IMG/VR virus record: IMGVR_UViG_3300020044_002851
Span: 1 to 40,143 of that record
DNA length: 40,143 bases
DNA from: a virus
Taxonomy: Duplodnaviria; Caudoviricetes
Strand: one strand, 5' to 3'
Part shown: positions 38,636-40,143 of the stretch, piece by piece
Layout of the letters: the number at the start of each line of letters is the position of its first letter
Numbering within the stretch: position 1 is the stretch's first letter
Notes under the pieces: model-generated
Database searches by the model: none
What the model saw: the letters and a program-made list of their open reading frames with translations, nothing else
What the model was told of the DNA's origin: nothing
Position numbers and translations under genes: made by a program

Positions 38636-38654
38636 ACTTTATATGTAGATAAAA
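38636..38654 (-). promoter_or_regulatory. Putative late-gene motif TTTTATCTACATATAAAGT-ATG
   Basis: Homolog of 8726..8744. Confidence 0.6.
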
Positions 38655-38662
38655 TAAGTTTG

Positions 38663-40143
38663 TTAAACAAAAAATCTTGGTGCATCAGGACTGAATGTAT
38701 TTGTTTGGAAATAGTAACGTATCGCGTCAATACAATTATGAACAAGTATTCCATTAGCGTAATACTCATGACAATCATCTACCATTAAATCATAAACCGT
38801 TTCGCTCTTGCTTTCTTCTTCTTCTAAGTGCAGTAGCTTTACAGTTTTGGTGACAGTATTTAGATACTCCTGCGTGCCTTGTTTGGTATTCTTTCTCGCA
38901 TATTTCACACACAAGAGTTCGATAATCTCGGTTAATCCATCCTTTGATACTGTGTTTTCTATGCCATTCTCTTCCTTCTTCTGAAGCGTGCCACTCTTTA
39001 GCTTTCTCAATTCCTTTTGCATGGAAATCTTTAGCCCATTCAGGATTGTTTTTAAATCGTTTTTTACCTTCATAGCGAAGATGTAAGCTAGCCAAAATAA
39101 GATTAAGGTTGCTGATATTGTTATTGGAAGTATTACCGTCAACATGATGAACGTGATAACCTTTTGGAATATCTCCTTTGTAATATTTCCAAACTTCCGT
39201 ATGTAGTCTTGTACTACCTTTAGAAAAGTATCGTTCTCCTTCATACAAGTAGTACTTTTTTCCGTTAAATACTTGCACTGGTATAATACATCGTTCTTCT
39301 TTAATTTGGATATCTCTTTCCATCCTTCTTTAGTTTTTACTTTATGTTCCTTAGTTGAACGTAAAGATACTGAAAAAGTATCGAACTGCATCGAGTATTT
39401 TGATATTTGTTTTACTCCGTTATTAAACTTTTTTAACACTCTTCTATACCCTTGACTTGTTAAAACTAAATCACCGATTTTAATATCCTTTATAGGAATA
39501 TCTCCTTTGATAGTTGTTACCAATGTATCACCCGTAAAGCAGTGATTATAATTATCAATCGGTTTATTCGTTGCGTTACCATCCCTATCAGTAGCCCAAG
39601 TGTATTTCCTAAACTCATTGATAAGATTTAGACTTCGTGACGTTACTCTCAAATCTAATTCTTGCATTCTGCTCACACCATACACAATTGAATCTGCTCC
39701 CTTTTTAGCGTCTTGCATTCGCCACCCTAAAGTTTGCAGCTCATCATTGGATTTCATCTCAGCACTATCTCCCGTTATCGTTGTATAACGGTCAACACCT
39801 AATTCAATCATCTTATTAGAAATAGCTTGGTTAAGTAGCCCTGTTTGATAAATCAATTCATCTAGGTAGTAAATGTTATCAGCATAGTAAATAGCCACCA
39901 ATGCAGTTGGATCGTTTCTATATCCGTAATCGAGTCCATAACCTAACAACTTTGCATACTCAGGAATCTTATCAACTTGCTGCCAATTATTAAACACAAC
40001 CCCTTGAAGGTTACCAATCTCGCCTAATCCGTATACTTGCCACCAATTCCACCAATATCCCCTTTGACCTCTTGCATCTTCTTGCTCAGCTTTCATCTTC
40101 TTATAGAGCAAATCTTCTAGTGTTGGGCTTGGTATTGCTTCAT
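38663..40143 (-). CDS. terL: Terminase large subunit, C-terminal part (5' end cut by window edge), intein-containing allele
   Basis: Near-identical to the C-terminal half of 8753..9943, apart from a 269-aa in-frame insertion between NYNH and CIDAIRY. Confidence 0.95.
   Translation of the reverse strand, partial: EAIPSPTLEDLLYKKMKAEQEDARGQRGYWWNWWQVYGLGEIGNLQGVVFNNWQQVDKIPEYAKLLGYGLDYGYRNDPTALVAIYYADNIYYLDELIYQTGLLNQAISNKMIELGVDRYTTITGDSAEMKSNDELQTLGWRMQDAKKGADSIVYGVSRMQELDLRVTSRSLNLINEFRKYTWATDRDGNATNKPIDNYNHCFTGDTLVTTIKGDIPIKDIKIGDLVLTSQGYRRVLKKFNNGVKQISKYSMQFDTFSVSLRSTKEHKVKTKEGWKEISKLKKNDVLYQCKYLTEKSTTCMKENDTFLKVVQDYIRKFGNITKEIFQKVITFIMLTVILPITISATLILFWLAYIFAMKVKNDLKTILNGLKISMQKELRKLKSGTLQKKEENGIENTVSKDGLTEIIELLCVKYARKNTKQGTQEYLNTVTKTVKLLHLEEEESKSETVYDLMVDDCHEYYANGILVHNCIDAIRYYFQTNTFSPDAPRFFV
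38735..39541 (-). mobile_element. Intein (269 aa) in the TerL nuclease domain
   Basis: Starts CFTGDTLV (block A), has TKEH (block B TxxH) and TVYDLMVDDCHEYYANG (block F), ends LVHN followed by Cys+1. Absent from the allele at 8824/8825. Confidence 0.97.
38790..39323 (-). CDS. HNH homing endonuclease with C-terminal zinc finger, nested in the intein in the -1 frame
   Basis: RLHTEVW...GDIPKGYHVHHVDGNTSNNNISNL...H (HNH_3-type core); CEIC...YCHQNC; basic tail. Confidence 0.92.
   Translation of the reverse strand: MERDIQIKEERCIIPVQVFNGKKYYLYEGERYFSKGSTRLHTEVWKYYKGDIPKGYHVHHVDGNTSNNNISNLNLILASLHLRYEGKKRFKNNPEWAKDFHAKGIEKAKEWHASEEGREWHRKHSIKGWINRDYRTLVCEICEKEYQTRHAGVSKYCHQNCKATALRRRRKQERNGL

Larger units (their letters stand above)
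29908..40143. repeat. Variant B copy of the diverged block; homologous to 1..9426
   Basis: Collinear with variant A and 810 nt longer: +807 intein, +12 tape measure, -3 and -6 in the two tail genes. Confidence 0.97.

Noticed and set aside
39070-39165. Apparent transmembrane helix (VITFIMLTVILPITISATLILFWLAYIFAM) inside the TerL intein
   Set aside because: It is the off-frame reading of the HNH core (HVHHVDGNTSNNNISNLNLILASLHLRY), so it is most likely a by-product of overprinting.
1534-39788. All short + strand ORFs in the track (e.g. 1534, 4289, 6686, 15888, 20554, 28568, 29221, 36602, 39273, 39600)
   Set aside because: They are antisense shadows of long minus-strand genes or overlap the origin repeats, and show no recognisable motifs.
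29908-40143. True tandem duplication, long terminal repeat or dual-tail phage
   Set aside because: Terminal repeats would be identical, and these copies are diverged. The exact 121-nt end matches fit an assembly-graph explanation better, although reads are needed to exclude it fully.
1-40143. Diversity-generating retroelement, integrase/lysogeny module, tRNA genes or stop-codon recoding
   Set aside because: I recognised no reverse transcriptase, recombinase, repressor or cloverleaf. Genes tile cleanly under the standard code using TAA, TGA and TAG stops.

Overview
The window holds a small, AT-rich tailed phage genome (siphovirus-like; Bacteroidota/Flavobacteriales-type gene families and TAnnTTTG promoters). 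All credible genes are on the minus strand, and I found no integrase or repressor. It covers one complete circular unit of about 29.9 kb plus a second, diverged copy of the terminase-C/tail/protease-N block (1..9426 vs 29908..40143). Both window ends match an internal site over exactly 121 nt, which points to a de Bruijn path through two co-occurring phage variants (29,907 bp and 30,717 bp) rather than a real duplication. The main find is in the second variant. Its large terminase carries a 269-aa intein (38735..39541) with no in-frame endonuclease, while a complete 177-aa HNH/zinc-finger endonuclease (38790..39323) is encoded inside it in the -1 frame. The HNH start and stop codons come from the codons of conserved intein motifs. 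The empty allele is in the same window (8824/8825). Other notable features: a bipartite direct-repeat motif at three early promoters, a TACATATA motif abutting late-gene start codons, a kissing-loop/terminator leader before the primase, an iteron-rich putative origin, a swapped tape-measure C-terminal segment, and a protease/MuF-like/scaffold fusion. Product calls come from motif recognition by eye; no database searches were run.
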